Shown: positions 1-11,040, counted from the first letter of the stretch. The stretch: 64,000 nt of DNA from an uncultured delta proteobacterium (GCA_963696385.1 CAVOKF010000005.1:992001-1056000); one strand, 5' to 3'. The notes: generated by a model not told the origin, from the letters alone. Numbers and translations are program-made.

Positions 1-240
1 CGATGGGATGCGTGAGAGGCGTATGACTGGGTCGCTGGAGTATGGCAGTCGAGCAATGCGGCGGCGTTAACTATCCTCGTGTTCCCCCCGTTTGCCGTTG
101 AGTGAATCGTTCGTCGGACGGCAGCGTCCCGAAGCGGAACCGTTCGCCTAGGGACGGCCCGGTTAGCTCGACGATTGGGTCTGCCGCACGAAAGGGCTTC
201 ATTCCGTGATCACCTCAGGCATTGGGTCAACCGGGCTCTC

Positions 241-2190
241 ATGAGCGCGTGGCTGTTTTTTTCGCGCGCCTCGGCCGTTGCCTTGGTCTTGGCCGTACCC
301 ATCGCCGCGCTCACCGCCTCTGGAGCCGGGTGTGCGAAAAGCGGCGAGGAGCCGCCGCCGCCGGGAGGGGGCTCGCAGAGCAGCGTATCAAGCGGCGGCA
401 GTAGCGTGGCGACCAATTCCGTCGTCGATGCGGGCGCAGGGCCTACGGCCGTCGCCGCGCTCGGCATTCCTATCTTCCAGGCCTCGTGTGTGCCGGGACA
501 ACCGAAGGTCGATTGGTCGCCGGTGCGGCGAATCTCCCGCGTCGAGTACAACAACATGGTTCGCGACCTCTTGGGCGACACGACGCAACCAGCCAACTCG
601 TTCGAACCCGAGAGCCCCATGGCCAACGGGGTGAATTTCGACACCAACACGTATTCGGGTGTGAGTAGCCTCATCGTTCAGTCGTATCTTCAAACGGCCG
701 AGACGCTCGCGGCGACGGCCGTCTCGAGCACGAACAACCTCAATAATCTATTCAATTTGAACAACGTTTCAGGCTGCAGCACTCCGCTGAGCGACGCCTG
801 TGCGCAGCAGTTCATCGCTCAGTTCGCCAATCGCGCCTTCCGCGGACAGCTCGACGTCGCGGAAGACGGTGCCGATGCGGGCATTACGTCATCGAGCCTG
901 TTTACGCTCTATCAGGACGTTTCGACGACGATTGGCGATCCGACCGCGGGCATTCAGGCGATCATCACGGCGGTGCTCGAGTCGCCTCGGTTTCTCTACG
1001 TCCTGGAGTTCGGCAACGGCAGCGCAAGTGGCAATACCGTCCCTCTGTCGCAGTACGAGATTGCCGGCCGACTCTCGTTGTTCCTCTGGCGAACTGTGCC
1101 CGACAGTGCGCTCATGACCGCGGCCGCCAACGGCCAGCTGGCTACGGCGGCCCAGGTCCAGGCCCAAGCGCAGACGATGATCGCCGACCCCAAAGCGAAA
1201 GACGCGCTCAACGATTTTGCGGTGCAATGGATGGAACTGCAATCGGCACCCACGGCCGGAAAGGACAGCCAGTACACCGTCTGGAACAGTCATCCCCAGA
1301 TCGGCGAAGAGCTGCTGGACGAAACGGTCACCGACTTTTCGCAAGAGGTTTTGCGGAGCGGTGGGACGCTCTCCGACCTTTTGACGACGTCGTCCTCCTA
1401 CATCAATAGCGACCTCGTGAGCTTGTACTTTCCCAACGGGGGTGCGCCCGCGACCACGGGCGCGACGGTGGCCGTCTCGGACCCGGCCCTGACCCAGACT
1501 CCGAGCACGTTCACCCAGACGCCGATCCCCAACCGGTCCGGCATTCTGACCACCGGCGCGGTGTTGGCCACCACCTCGCATACGACGCTCCCTTCTTCGG
1601 TCCTCCGGGGCAAGCTCGTACGCGAAGAGATCCTCTGCGATGTGATTCCACCTCCGCCTCCCAACGTCCCCGCGGTGGCGACCTCGGTCCCCGACGGCGG
1701 AACGACGCGAAGCATTTTCGCGGCCCACGAAACAATACCCCATTGCGTGGCGTGCCACCAATATATGGATCCGGTCGGCTTTGGGTATGGCAACTTCGAT
1801 GCCACGGGTGCCTACCAGTCGCAGGATGCCAATGGCTTTTCGGGAACGTTCCCGCCCATCGACGCCACGGGCCAGGTCCTCGAGATGCCCGGCGATAGTT
1901 TTTCGATTGCCGCGTTCAACGGCGCCACCGCCCTCGATACGCAGTTGTCGACGGCCACTCAGGTGCAACAGTGCTTCACGCTGGAGGAATTTCGGTACGC
2001 GCTCAGCCGGGTCGAGAATACCGACGACGCCTGCTCGGTGCAGCAGGCGTTCGCGAGCTTCACGTCGGCCGCGTCGAATGGCAATATCCAAGATCTCATG
2101 GTGGCCCTCACGGGCACTGACGCATTTTTGAATCGTTCGGTCGTCCCAGCGGGCAACGAGTGCGTCGTCGGAGGGAGTGCGTCCCCATGA
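241..2190 (+). CDS. DUF1592/DUF1588-family (PSCyt-like) lipoprotein with one CxxCH haem-binding motif
   Basis: Lipobox-like ASGAGC; RRISRVEYNNMVRDLLGD; AVLESPRFLY; LSQYEIAGRLSLFLW; SSVLRGKLVREEILC; CVACHQYMDPVGFG. Start placed at ATG 241 rather than 175. Confidence 0.85.
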   Translation: MSAWLFFSRASAVALVLAVPIAALTASGAGCAKSGEEPPPPGGGSQSSVSSGGSSVATNSVVDAGAGPTAVAALGIPIFQASCVPGQPKVDWSPVRRISRVEYNNMVRDLLGDTTQPANSFEPESPMANGVNFDTNTYSGVSSLIVQSYLQTAETLAATAVSSTNNLNNLFNLNNVSGCSTPLSDACAQQFIAQFANRAFRGQLDVAEDGADAGITSSSLFTLYQDVSTTIGDPTAGIQAIITAVLESPRFLYVLEFGNGSASGNTVPLSQYEIAGRLSLFLWRTVPDSALMTAAANGQLATAAQVQAQAQTMIADPKAKDALNDFAVQWMELQSAPTAGKDSQYTVWNSHPQIGEELLDETVTDFSQEVLRSGGTLSDLLTTSSSYINSDLVSLYFPNGGAPATTGATVAVSDPALTQTPSTFTQTPIPNRSGILTTGAVLATTSHTTLPSSVLRGKLVREEILCDVIPPPPPNVPAVATSVPDGGTTRSIFAAHETIPHCVACHQYMDPVGFGYGNFDATGAYQSQDANGFSGTFPPIDATGQVLEMPGDSFSIAAFNGATALDTQLSTATQVQQCFTLEEFRYALSRVENTDDACSVQQAFASFTSAASNGNIQDLMVALTGTDAFLNRSVVPAGNECVVGGSASP

Positions 2191-3731
2191 ATCGAGTCGC
2201 ATTGAATCGGCGCCGCTTTCTCAAACTCGTCGGCGCGAGCGCTCTGTCGTACCCGTTCTTGCGCTCGGTACCGAGCTACGCGTCGGGAGATGGCGCAACG
2301 AGCGGGCCGGGTCCGTATCTTGTCTTGCTGTTCACGGCGTGCGGCTGCGTTCGCTACCAGTGGGGAGCCACCGTGCCTGGCCAGACCGCGACGCCGACCG
2401 GAACGATGGACGTCGTGACCAGTCCGCTGTCGTTTCGGCCCACTCTTTCGGCGTTCGCGAGTGCGGGTCCTGCGGGCGCCGACCTGAGCAAGTACGTAAA
2501 CGTCCTCGACGGGCTGCAGGTCAAAGGGGCCGGAGGTGGCTCGCACGAGGCCGGGATGGCCGCGCTCTGGACGGGGGCAACGGTATCGAGCAACAACACG
2601 ATTGCATCCGCGAGCATCGATCAGGTCATCGCGCCGCTTTTGGCCACCCAGCTGCAAATCAACAAGCCGCAATCCAATGTCGCGCTGATGGCGCAGAGCA
2701 GTGCGGACTACCCGCAGCGTTCGGTCCAGACGCGAATGCTGTACGACTCGACCGGCAGCTGGGTGGACCCGTATCTCACTCCATCCGCCGCCCTGAGCGC
2801 CCTCTTTCCAAACGCCTCAGGTTCGTCCAGCGCGTCGTCGGGGCCGGATCGGACGGCGTACATTCGCCAGAAAGTGGCGATCCAGGTCAACGCCGACCTG
2901 ACGGCTGTGCAAAAGCGGTTGTGCACCGAGGATCGCACTCAGTTGCAGAACGTCCAAGCGCTCTACAACCAGGTCTTGGCGCAGCTGGCGGCGTCGGCAG
3001 CCGCGGCGGCTTCGTGCTCGCCTCCTTCCATCGGTGACGCGGGGGCAAGCAACAGCTCGAGCAGCTCGAGCGGGGCAGCGACGGACCCGTTCCCGATCTA
3101 CGCCCAGGCGATGGAGAATATCCTCGCGATGACGCTCGCGTGCGATTTGACACGGGTGGCGAGCCTGCAGTTTTCGCATGCCCTGAGTCCCGTTACGCAC
3201 ACCTGGCTGAGCACCACCGCCGCGCCGCAGCAGGAAACCCATCACATGTATTCGCACAATGGGGCGTCGTGGATTGGGTCTTTTGGCAACGACTTCTACA
3301 ACACCGCTGGTTACAACGGCGTCACGCCGAGCCAGTATCCGCAGCAACTTATCAACATCGAGCAGTGGTATGCCCAGCACGTCGCGAGTCTGGCGTATAC
3401 GTTGAGTCAGATTACGAGCGGATCCGGGCATCTGTTGGACCAGACCGTGATGTGTTGGGGCAGCGAACTCGATCAGGGCAACATCCACAATCACGACGAC
3501 ACGCCCTTCGTCCTCATCGGCGGTGGCGCCGGCAAGCTGAAGACCGGCGGACAAGTCGTGCAGTTTCCGATGTCGGTTCTGGGCAATAGCGCCCAAAACA
3601 ACATGATCGGAACTCGCTTTCAAAATGATTTGCTCGTTACGCTGGCGGAGAAGGTCATGGGTGTCGACATCGGCGGAACATTCGGCAACCCCAACTACTG
3701 CACGGGGCCTATCACGGAAATTCTCGCCTAA
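2187..3731 (+). CDS. DUF1552-family protein with Tat signal
   Basis: ATGA overlap with the upstream gene; twin-arginine NRRRFL; SIDQVIA; LACDLTRVASLQ; LLDQTVMCWGSE; HNHDDTPFVLIGG. This family is the usual partner of DUF1592 genes. Confidence 0.85.
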   Translation: MNRVALNRRRFLKLVGASALSYPFLRSVPSYASGDGATSGPGPYLVLLFTACGCVRYQWGATVPGQTATPTGTMDVVTSPLSFRPTLSAFASAGPAGADLSKYVNVLDGLQVKGAGGGSHEAGMAALWTGATVSSNNTIASASIDQVIAPLLATQLQINKPQSNVALMAQSSADYPQRSVQTRMLYDSTGSWVDPYLTPSAALSALFPNASGSSSASSGPDRTAYIRQKVAIQVNADLTAVQKRLCTEDRTQLQNVQALYNQVLAQLAASAAAAASCSPPSIGDAGASNSSSSSSGAATDPFPIYAQAMENILAMTLACDLTRVASLQFSHALSPVTHTWLSTTAAPQQETHHMYSHNGASWIGSFGNDFYNTAGYNGVTPSQYPQQLINIEQWYAQHVASLAYTLSQITSGSGHLLDQTVMCWGSELDQGNIHNHDDTPFVLIGGGAGKLKTGGQVVQFPMSVLGNSAQNNMIGTRFQNDLLVTLAEKVMGVDIGGTFGNPNYCTGPITEILA

Positions 3732-3898
3732 AACGGCGGGGCGATGTCGATCGCGATCGTCTACGTGGGCTCCCGCCAACGCCGTGCGCCGGGTACGACG
3801 TGCTCACGAACGTACGGGCAGCCGCCTGTGACCGTCGGGACGGTCATGACTTCACCGGCCCGGATCGGGAGCCGGATCGACCGCGACGGCGCAACGAG

Positions 3899-4576
3899 AT
3901 GAACGGCTTCGCCCGCCGCATGTGCGCCTTGGCGCTGCTGCTCTTGGCGGCCGTTTCGAGCGTCAGGACGGCTCGCGGCGACGGCCATGGGTCCGAAGTT
4001 CACCTCGACGTGATCCGGTGGCAGGTGATCGCGCGCCAGTCCGGGCCGGTCAACTATTACCGAGCCGTGAATGATCCTGCAATGCCGTTCGTGCGCGCAC
4101 AATACCGTCCGCCCGAGTCGACGACGGTCTTGGGCTTCCAGGTTGCGGACACGGATCGCAAGACGGCGGCGCGGTTGCGCTGGCAGTGGCGCGCGCTCGC
4201 GCTGCCGCGGAGCGGCGACGAATGCGTCGACGGCAAACGGGACTCGGCGGCGGTCGTCTATGCGACGTGGAAGGCTCTGATTCGCTGGTACACGCTGAAA
4301 TACGTCTGGAGCTCGGTCGGCGCGCGCGGCGCGGTATGCGATCGGAAGCGCAATCCGTTTCTGGCCCAAGAAACCGTTGCACTCGAGTCGGGCGGGCCCA
4401 CGGGGGTGTGGCACCAGGAGGACATCGACCTCAAAGCGGAATTTCGTCGTCACTTTGACGACGGGGATCCGCGTGGCGACGTGCCCGACTTCGTCGGGGT
4501 CGGGATCATGACCGACGGCGACGATACCCAGACGGACAGCGCGGCGGACTACGCCGATTTCGTACTCGTGCGATGA
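3899..4576 (+). CDS. DUF3047-family exported protein
   Basis: Signal peptide; LRWQWR; DSAAVVY; LKYVWS; C-terminal GIMTDGDDT motif. Confidence 0.75.
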   Translation: MNGFARRMCALALLLLAAVSSVRTARGDGHGSEVHLDVIRWQVIARQSGPVNYYRAVNDPAMPFVRAQYRPPESTTVLGFQVADTDRKTAARLRWQWRALALPRSGDECVDGKRDSAAVVYATWKALIRWYTLKYVWSSVGARGAVCDRKRNPFLAQETVALESGGPTGVWHQEDIDLKAEFRRHFDDGDPRGDVPDFVGVGIMTDGDDTQTDSAADYADFVLVR

Positions 4577-4583
4577 TCGCGGT

Positions 4584-5162
4584 GTGAGCGCGCGGGGATC
4601 GGATCCATACCGAGGGGTCGCGGGCTACCGAGCGCGAGATGTGGTGCGGGTTCCGGGTCTTCTGAGTTTGTGCCGAGCGCCTCTTGCCGCAGCATTCCCC
4701 TTCGTTTTTCGGAGCCCTGCTCACGCGATCGGGCTGCTCATCGCGGCGGGGCTGAGCGACGTCCTGGACGGCTGGTACGCGCGTCGCTTCCACCAGCAGA
4801 CGATCACCGGCGCGGCTCTCGATGGTGCGATGGACAAGCTATTTGCCCTGTCGGTGCTTGCCACATTGGTGCACAGCCGATCGCTGTCGCTGTTGCAAGC
4901 CCTCGTGTTGAGCACGCGCGAATTTGGCGAAGCGCTGATCCTGGGCTTGTCGTTGGTCTTTCGGACCCGGGCCGCCGATTCCGCCCGGTCGGCCAACGTC
5001 CTCGGCAAGCTCGCCACGGGACTTCAGTTTGCGACCGCCGTTTTCGTGATCCTGGGACAGGGTCCGCGAACCATCTGCCTCTACGCGACCGGGGTGTGCG
5101 GTGCCCTGGCCGCGATCGGATACGGCGTTCGCGAGTTCGGTCGCGCGCCCGAAAGCCCGTAG
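4584..5162 (+). CDS. CDP-alcohol phosphatidyltransferase family protein
   Basis: DVLDGWYARR...GAALDGAMDK signature; hydrophobic helices; GKLATGLQ. Confidence 0.85.
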   Translation: MSARGSDPYRGVAGYRARDVVRVPGLLSLCRAPLAAAFPFVFRSPAHAIGLLIAAGLSDVLDGWYARRFHQQTITGAALDGAMDKLFALSVLATLVHSRSLSLLQALVLSTREFGEALILGLSLVFRTRAADSARSANVLGKLATGLQFATAVFVILGQGPRTICLYATGVCGALAAIGYGVREFGRAPESP

Positions 5163-5183
5163 CGTTCGACCCGATCCGCCCGT

Positions 5184-6002
5184 TTAGGCCCACTTGGAAG
5201 CCCAGCGGAGCTCCGAGGAGGTCCCCGGCGATGCAAGCTCCGCTTCGCCGAGGTCGACGCGAACGAGCTCCGTCGGAGACCGCAGCGTTGCGACATCCTC
5301 GATGGCTTGCATGAGGCGAACGTCGGTGGCTCGGACCACGTCCGCCTCCGCCGGATCGTGCTGGAGCACGACCGCGCCGACCACGGCGGGTGTGACGCCG
5401 AGCGCCAGGCTCTCGTAGATGGCGTGACCGAAGACCACGGCGTGGGCGTTGCCCGACGCGATGTGCGACCGGAGCGCTCCCTTGCCCTGCATCCGCAGGT
5501 GCCATCGGATCTGCTCGGGATGGCGCGCGAGCACGGCGACCCCCCCCTCGTCGAGCAGGGCGAGCGCGTCGAGCTCCCGGGATCGATGGGTAGGCAGAGT
5601 CCGATCGCCGGGTGCCATGCGGCCGGCGATCGCCCGATGCTGGCGGGCATGCAGCGCACGCTTCGCCCGCGGGAAGGTCCCCCAGACGAGCGCGTTCATG
5701 AGGTCGTGCCAACAATTCCGTCTCGTCGGGACCTCGCCGTCGAGCGTCACTCGCGCGTCGTAGAGCTTGCGCAAGTCGACGGCGTGCCCGCGTCGCCGCC
5801 GCGGTGCGGCAGGCACGAAGCGTACGGGGGCGTCCTGCTGGAACACGCGATTGAGCGCCTGGACGGTGGGAAAATCTTGGCTTCTTCCGAGAGCCGCGCC
5901 GGCGCGGCGCAGGGGCCAAAACAGCCCGTTGCCTTCGAGGAAGTCCGGATCGAACGGAGCGGCGCGGCGAACGGCGACGAGCGGCCTCACGGCGACGATC
6001 AT
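5184..6002 (-). CDS. DUF3025-family protein
   Basis: VPTRRNCWHDLMNALVWGTFPRAKRAL; DALALLDEGG; VFGHAIYE. Confidence 0.8.
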   Translation of the reverse strand: MIVAVRPLVAVRRAAPFDPDFLEGNGLFWPLRRAGAALGRSQDFPTVQALNRVFQQDAPVRFVPAAPRRRRGHAVDLRKLYDARVTLDGEVPTRRNCWHDLMNALVWGTFPRAKRALHARQHRAIAGRMAPGDRTLPTHRSRELDALALLDEGGVAVLARHPEQIRWHLRMQGKGALRSHIASGNAHAVVFGHAIYESLALGVTPAVVGAVVLQHDPAEADVVRATDVRLMQAIEDVATLRSPTELVRVDLGEAELASPGTSSELRWASKWA

Positions 6003-6117
6003 GACCGAATGCTAGAGTGCCGTCGGCACAAAATCGCTCGGCCAGCCCGACCGACGTGCGCCCGCAGCAACGGTTTGTGCCGAGCCGCATCGAACCGACC
6101 CACGTTCGGAGCCTGAA

Positions 6118-7308
6118 ATGACCGTGCAAACGAGGCCGCTCTCCGCCGGATTGGACGCCGAAACGACCCGTCGTACAGCCTTCGCAAGAGCGCTGCCGCC
6201 GTTCATCGTCGTCGTGGTGCTGGGCAGTGCCCTTTTGGGTTGGCAGGCCTGGGAGCGGTCAAGGCCTTACGAGTGGAGCGGTACGGTCGAGGCTCGGACG
6301 ATTGCCGTCGGCTCCCGGGTCGGCGGGCGCATTTTGGCCGTACGCGCCAGGGAAGGCGACCGAGTGTCGGCGGGACAGCCTCTCGTCGAGTTCGAGCCGG
6401 GCGATGTCCCCGCTCAGCGGTTGATCGCGCAGGGCCAGCTCGACGAGGCCAAGGCGACGCTCGACAAGTTGAAGCGTGGGGCAAGGCCGGAAGAGATCGA
6501 GCAGGCCAAGGCGCGCGCGCAGACGGCAGGCGCGGCGTTCGAGGAGGCTCGTGTCGGGGCGCGGGCCGAGCAGATCGCCGCCGCGAAGGCGCGACTCGTC
6601 GCGGCCCAGGTGGCGGTCGACAAGGCCAAACTCGACGCGGATCGCGCGGAGAGGCTGTTGGCGACACAGGCGATTTCGCAGTCCCAGCTCGACGACGCAC
6701 ACACGACCCTCAAAGGGGCGCGCGCGCAACGCGACGCCGCGGCGCAGGAGCTCGAGGAGCTCCAGAACGGATCGCGCAGGGAAGACATTGCTCAAGCCGC
6801 CGCTCGTGCCGCCGAAGCTCGTGCCAATGCTCGTTTGGTCGAGGCCGGCTCGCGCGTCGAGGACATCGCCGCGGCGCAGGCTTCGGTTGAAGCCGCACAG
6901 GGCAGACTCGATCAAATGGAAGTGATGTTGAGCGAATTGGTCATCCGGTCACCTCGCTCGGCACGCGTCGAGTCGCTCGATCTGCGCCCTGGCGACATCG
7001 TGGCGCCCAACGCGACGGCCGCCTCGCTGATCGAGGACGATCAGCTTTACGTGCGGATTTACGTCCCCGAGACTCAGATCGGCCACATCCGCCCGGGACA
7101 GGAGGTGCCGATCAACGTGGATTCATTTCCCGATCGGAAATTTGCTGGTGTGGTCGAGCACATCAATTCGGTCGGAGAGTACTCGCCTCGCAACTTGCAG
7201 ACTGCGGACGAACGCGCGGATCAGGTGTTTGCCGTGCGGGTCGGAGTTCCCGGGGGCCCGGGTGATCTGCGTGCGGGCATGGCCGCTTTCATTCACGTTC
7301 CGAAGTGA
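6118..7308 (+). CDS. HlyD/YbhG-like membrane fusion protein of an ABC exporter
   Basis: N-terminal TM helix; VGSRVGGRI...EGDRV; long coiled coil; [17 protein letters not shown]. Confidence 0.9.
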   Translation: MTVQTRPLSAGLDAETTRRTAFARALPPFIVVVVLGSALLGWQAWERSRPYEWSGTVEARTIAVGSRVGGRILAVRAREGDRVSAGQPLVEFEPGDVPAQRLIAQGQLDEAKATLDKLKRGARPEEIEQAKARAQTAGAAFEEARVGARAEQIAAAKARLVAAQVAVDKAKLDADRAERLLATQAISQSQLDDAHTTLKGARAQRDAAAQELEELQNGSRREDIAQAAARAAEARANARLVEAGSRVEDIAAAQASVEAAQGRLDQMEVMLSELVIRSPRSARVESLDLRPGDIVAPNATAASLIEDDQLYVRIYVPETQIGHIRPGQEVPINVDSFPDRKFAGVVEHINSVGEYSPRNLQTADERADQVFAVRVGVPGGPGDLRAGMAAFIHVPK

Positions 7309-8354
7309 CCTCGACGACGATGATCGCAAACGACGTTCACGCCGGTGCCGCGATCCTCACCCGCGCGTTGACGCGTCGATTTGGCGATTTCACCGCCCTC
7401 GACCAGGTGGATCTATCGGTTCGGACCGGGACGATTTACGGACTGCTCGGTCCCAACGGATCGGGTAAATCGACGCTCATTCGCATTCTCTGCGGACTTC
7501 TTGCTCCGAGCTCGGGTTCCGCGAGTGTGCTGGGTCTCGACGTGGCGACGCAGGGCGAAGCCATTCGTCGGTCGATTGGCTACATGAGCCAGAAGTTCGC
7601 TCTGTACGACGACCTGACCGTGCGCGAGAACTTGGACTTCTACGCGCGCGTGTATGGACTCACCGGGCCGAGGTTGCGCGCGCGCCGCGAGGCTGCGATC
7701 GAGCTTACCCACATCGGGCCCTACGTGTCGCGTCGCGCCGGCCTGCTCTCGGGTGGGTGGAAGCAGCGCCTGGCGTTGGGAGCGGCGCTTTTGCACGAGC
7801 CCCGGGTAGTATTTCTCGACGAGCCCACGGCAGGGATCGATCCGGTGGCGCGTCGCGAGCTCTGGGACCTGCTCTTCAAGTTGGCTGCCCAAGGGATCTC
7901 GCTTCTGGTCACGACCCATTACATGGACGAAGCCGAGCGCTGCGGCGAAGTCGGATACTTGTACCTGTCCCGAATGATCGCCACCGGCACGCCCGCGCAG
8001 CTCAAGGGATTGGCGTCCGTGAACGAGCCGGGAACGCGTCGGATCGAAATCGAGACGCACGCGGACCCGGCGCGTGCGCTGCTCTGGATGCACACGCAGA
8101 GCTATGTCGCGAGCGCAACTCTCTTCGGGCAATCTGTCCACGCCGTCATCGAGGCGCACGTGACCGACGAGCAGATCATCGATCGCGTCCGTCACGCCGG
8201 CTTCGATCTCGCGACCGTGCGCGAGGTGGAACCGTCGCTCGAGGACGTCTTCGTGGCTTTGACCGAACGAGCGGCGTCGGAGACCGATGCGAAGGCGAGG
8301 ATCCCGGCCGCAGCGCCGCCGGCCGCCAACCCCGGATCGGCATCGGTGGGCTGA
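7305..8354 (+). CDS. ABC transporter ATP-binding protein (YbhF-like)
   Basis: Walker [37 protein letters not shown]. Confidence 0.95.
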   Translation: MTSTTMIANDVHAGAAILTRALTRRFGDFTALDQVDLSVRTGTIYGLLGPNGSGKSTLIRILCGLLAPSSGSASVLGLDVATQGEAIRRSIGYMSQKFALYDDLTVRENLDFYARVYGLTGPRLRARREAAIELTHIGPYVSRRAGLLSGGWKQRLALGAALLHEPRVVFLDEPTAGIDPVARRELWDLLFKLAAQGISLLVTTHYMDEAERCGEVGYLYLSRMIATGTPAQLKGLASVNEPGTRRIEIETHADPARALLWMHTQSYVASATLFGQSVHAVIEAHVTDEQIIDRVRHAGFDLATVREVEPSLEDVFVALTERAASETDAKARIPAAAPPAANPGSASVG

Positions 8355-8357
8355 GTC

Positions 8358-9491
8358 ATGAGGGCCGGTTTCATGAACTCGTTCGTCGCAATCTTCATGA
8401 AGGAGTTCGTGCATATGCGTCGTGACCGGGCGACGCTCGTCATCGCGCTGGCGATTCCGGTCTTTCAGTTGATTCTCTTCGGGTTCATCGACCAGACCGT
8501 CTCGAATCTGCCGACCGTCGTCGTCGATCAAGATGAGACTCATTATTCGCGCGAGCTCATGGACAAGCTCCGGGCGACGCACACGTTCGAAATCCGGCGC
8601 ATCACCCCCGATCCGCACGCCGCGCGCGAAGACATCGTGTCGGGCCGCGCGCGGGTCGGCATCATCATTCCGCCCGACTTCCACGACAAGCGTGCACGGG
8701 GCGAAGAGGCCAAGCTGCTCGTGCTCATCGACGGCGGCGACGCGAACGTCAGCGCCCAGGCACTCGCGTCGGTCAACGGAGTGGCTTCGGACGAGAACCT
8801 GCGTGCGGTGACCGACAAGATCCAAGTGGGTGTGACACCGACCGAGAATGCGCTCAGTGTCCAGCCCATCGTCTTATTCAACCCCGACGGGCGAACGGCC
8901 AACTTCATCATCCCGGGGCTCATCGCGATCCTGCTTCAGATTGTCGCGATCGTGCTGACAGCCATCTCGATCGTGCGGGAGCGCGAAAAGGGGACGCTCG
9001 AGCAGCTGCTGGTGACCCCCATCGACCCGCTCGGTCTGATGCTCGGAAAACTCGCCCCCTACCTGTTCGTGGGCCTCGTCGAAATGGCGCTGATTCTCGT
9101 CGCGATGCGCTTCGGTTTCGCCGTGCCGATTCGCGGCGATCTGACCTTTCTCTTCGTCATGGCGCTCATTTATTTGTTTGCGCTGCTGTCGATCGGGCTC
9201 GCCATCAGCACGCGAGCGCAGACGCAGGCCCAGGCCCAGCAGATGGCTCAAATGTTTCTTCTCCCGTCGATCTTCTTGTCCGGGTACATCTTCCCGACGC
9301 CTGGACTCCCGTTCGTCTTGAGGTGGATCGGCCGACTCCTGCCGGCCACCCACATGATTGAGATCGTGCGCGGCGTCGTGCTGCGTGGTGCGGGTCCCGC
9401 GCAGCTCTGGCCGAACGTCGCCGCGCTCGTCGTGATCAGTATCGCGATGGTCTCGCTCAGCGTTCGGAACTTCCGGAAGCGGGCTCTTTAA
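8358..9491 (+). CDS. ABC-2 type permease (YbhS/YbhR-like)
   Basis: KEFVHMRRDR; IVREREKGTLEQLLVTP; LSGYIFP; multiple TM helices. Confidence 0.92.
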   Translation: MRAGFMNSFVAIFMKEFVHMRRDRATLVIALAIPVFQLILFGFIDQTVSNLPTVVVDQDETHYSRELMDKLRATHTFEIRRITPDPHAAREDIVSGRARVGIIIPPDFHDKRARGEEAKLLVLIDGGDANVSAQALASVNGVASDENLRAVTDKIQVGVTPTENALSVQPIVLFNPDGRTANFIIPGLIAILLQIVAIVLTAISIVREREKGTLEQLLVTPIDPLGLMLGKLAPYLFVGLVEMALILVAMRFGFAVPIRGDLTFLFVMALIYLFALLSIGLAISTRAQTQAQAQQMAQMFLLPSIFLSGYIFPTPGLPFVLRWIGRLLPATHMIEIVRGVVLRGAGPAQLWPNVAALVVISIAMVSLSVRNFRKRAL

Positions 9492-9501
9492 TAATTCACC
9501 T

Positions 9502-9898
9502 GGATCACCCTGAGCGCTTCGCTCCGCCTCGACTCGCTTCGCTCGCTCGGCTCCGCTCCCGCCGACCTGGTGTTCGCGACACGTCGAGGGGAGCGAGTGC
9601 CGCTCCCCTCGAGCACCCCAGCAGGTCCAGCAGGAGCGCTGTGATGCGGGTCGGGATCACCCTGAGCGCTTCGCTCCGCCTCGACTCGCTTCGCTCGCTC
9701 GGCTCCGCTCCCGCCGACCTGGTGTTCGCGACACGTCGAGGGGAGCGAGTGCCGCTCCCCTCGAGCACCCCAGCAGGTCCAGCAGGAGCGCTGTGATGCG
9801 GGTCGGGATCACCCTGAGCGCTTCGCTCCGCCTCGACTCGCTTCGCTCGCTCGGCTCCACTCCCGCCGACCTGGTGTTCGCGACACGTCGAGGGGAGC
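9502..9898. repeat. Intergenic tandem repeat, ~2.6 copies of a 152-bp unit containing a palindrome (REP/BIME-like)
   Basis: Units start at 9502, 9654 and 9806 (ggatcaccctgagcgcttcgctcc...). Each full unit has the hairpin tcgaggggagcg-agtgc-cgctcccctcga. Lies between convergent genes. Confidence 0.95.
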
Positions 9899-9910
9899 TC
9901 GCTTCGCTCG

Positions 9911-10924
9911 TCACCGGCCGTGCTTCGACGGCGCCGAGGCGTGAGCTGGGGCGCGTGCTGGAGCCGGGGCGGGCGCGTGTCGGGCTTCGCCCGGGCGATT
10001 CTCTTGCCCGCGATTAGGGGGCGACTCGCCATGGGGTCGTTCCGTCTCACCATGGGCGGCGCGTTCCGTCTCGCCATGGGCGGCGCGTTCCGTCTCGCTA
10101 TGGACGCGATCCGGCGGCGCGCCCCGCTCACCGGCTCTCATTTCGGCGTGCGCCGGAGGACGCGCTCCATACCGCACAGCGACCGAAGGCCGTCCGAAGT
10201 CGCGCGCGTGAGCGAGCCCTGGCTCGTTGCCTGTGACGCGAACGACGCGTCCGGGTTCGATGCCGATGCGCGCCGGAGGCGGTCCGAAGAACCGGCCACC
10301 CACGCCGCGTCGCTCTTCGAACGGGTGCATGTGGACTGCGATCGCGTCGCGCTCCGGCCCCCGGACGAAGCGCTCGAACACATGGGGATGAAACAGATCG
10401 CCCGATCCGCAGTAGACGAAGCGCGGAGATACCCCAAAGCCGATTTCCACGGCCAGTCCGCCGCGCCAAACGAAAGCTGGCGGCGCGGGCGCCCACCCGA
10501 CGAACCCCACACCCGGCTCTCCCGCCCGCCAGGACACCCAGGCCGGGGCGTATTCGCGTCCTGGAATCCATGACCAGCCCAGGCCTACGGCATTGACCCA
10601 ACGCCCGTAATGGAACGGCGCCCATCCCCAATCGTAGTCGCTGACCCACGTGTAGTCGTCGCCATAGGCCCAATGGCCTGCGGAGCCGTAGGGAACGAAG
10701 TCGGTTCCGACCGTCTCGGGATTGGGCACCCACACGGTGCCGTAGGTCGTATCGTCGACCCAGCTCCCGTTTGGATCGAGGGCGGCATGGAAGTCGACGA
10801 GCGCGCTCGGATCCTTCTCTTCGTAGCGGTCGTCACCACTTGGATCTTGAGCGTTGGCGAGTCGTGGAAAAAAGACGACCGGAGCCGTCAGGGCCATCAG
10901 CAACCATCGAGGGCGAATGTTCAT
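9911..10924 (-). CDS. DUF6600-like exported Trp/Gly-rich protein
   Basis: Signal peptide MNIRPRWLLMAL...ANAQ; YGTVWVP; WVSDYDWGWAPFHYGRW; APAWVSWR; VGWAP. The listed ORF is over-extended upstream. Confidence 0.8.
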   Translation of the reverse strand: MNIRPRWLLMALTAPVVFFPRLANAQDPSGDDRYEEKDPSALVDFHAALDPNGSWVDDTTYGTVWVPNPETVGTDFVPYGSAGHWAYGDDYTWVSDYDWGWAPFHYGRWVNAVGLGWSWIPGREYAPAWVSWRAGEPGVGFVGWAPAPPAFVWRGGLAVEIGFGVSPRFVYCGSGDLFHPHVFERFVRGPERDAIAVHMHPFEERRGVGGRFFGPPPARIGIEPGRVVRVTGNEPGLAHARDFGRPSVAVRYGARPPAHAEMRAGERGAPPDRVHSETERAAHGETERAAHGETERPHGESPPNRGQENRPGEARHAPAPAPARAPAHASAPSKHGR

Positions 10925-11040
10925 CGTCACCGGGTTGAAACGATAGCATCGTGTCTCCGTGGCCGTCGCGGCCAGCCTGTCGCCAGCTTCCGAGGGCGCC
11001 CCGAGCTCGGCCGCTTCGCGCGCGCGCTGCCGACGATCCT

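Noticed and set aside
9502..9910. Possible CRISPR array
   Set aside because: The whole 152-bp unit repeats with no unique spacers, and there are no cas genes in the window.
9505..10131. ORFs crossing the 152-bp repeat
   Set aside because: They are translations of a non-coding repeat whose unit is not a multiple of 3, and they overlap the DUF6600-like gene.
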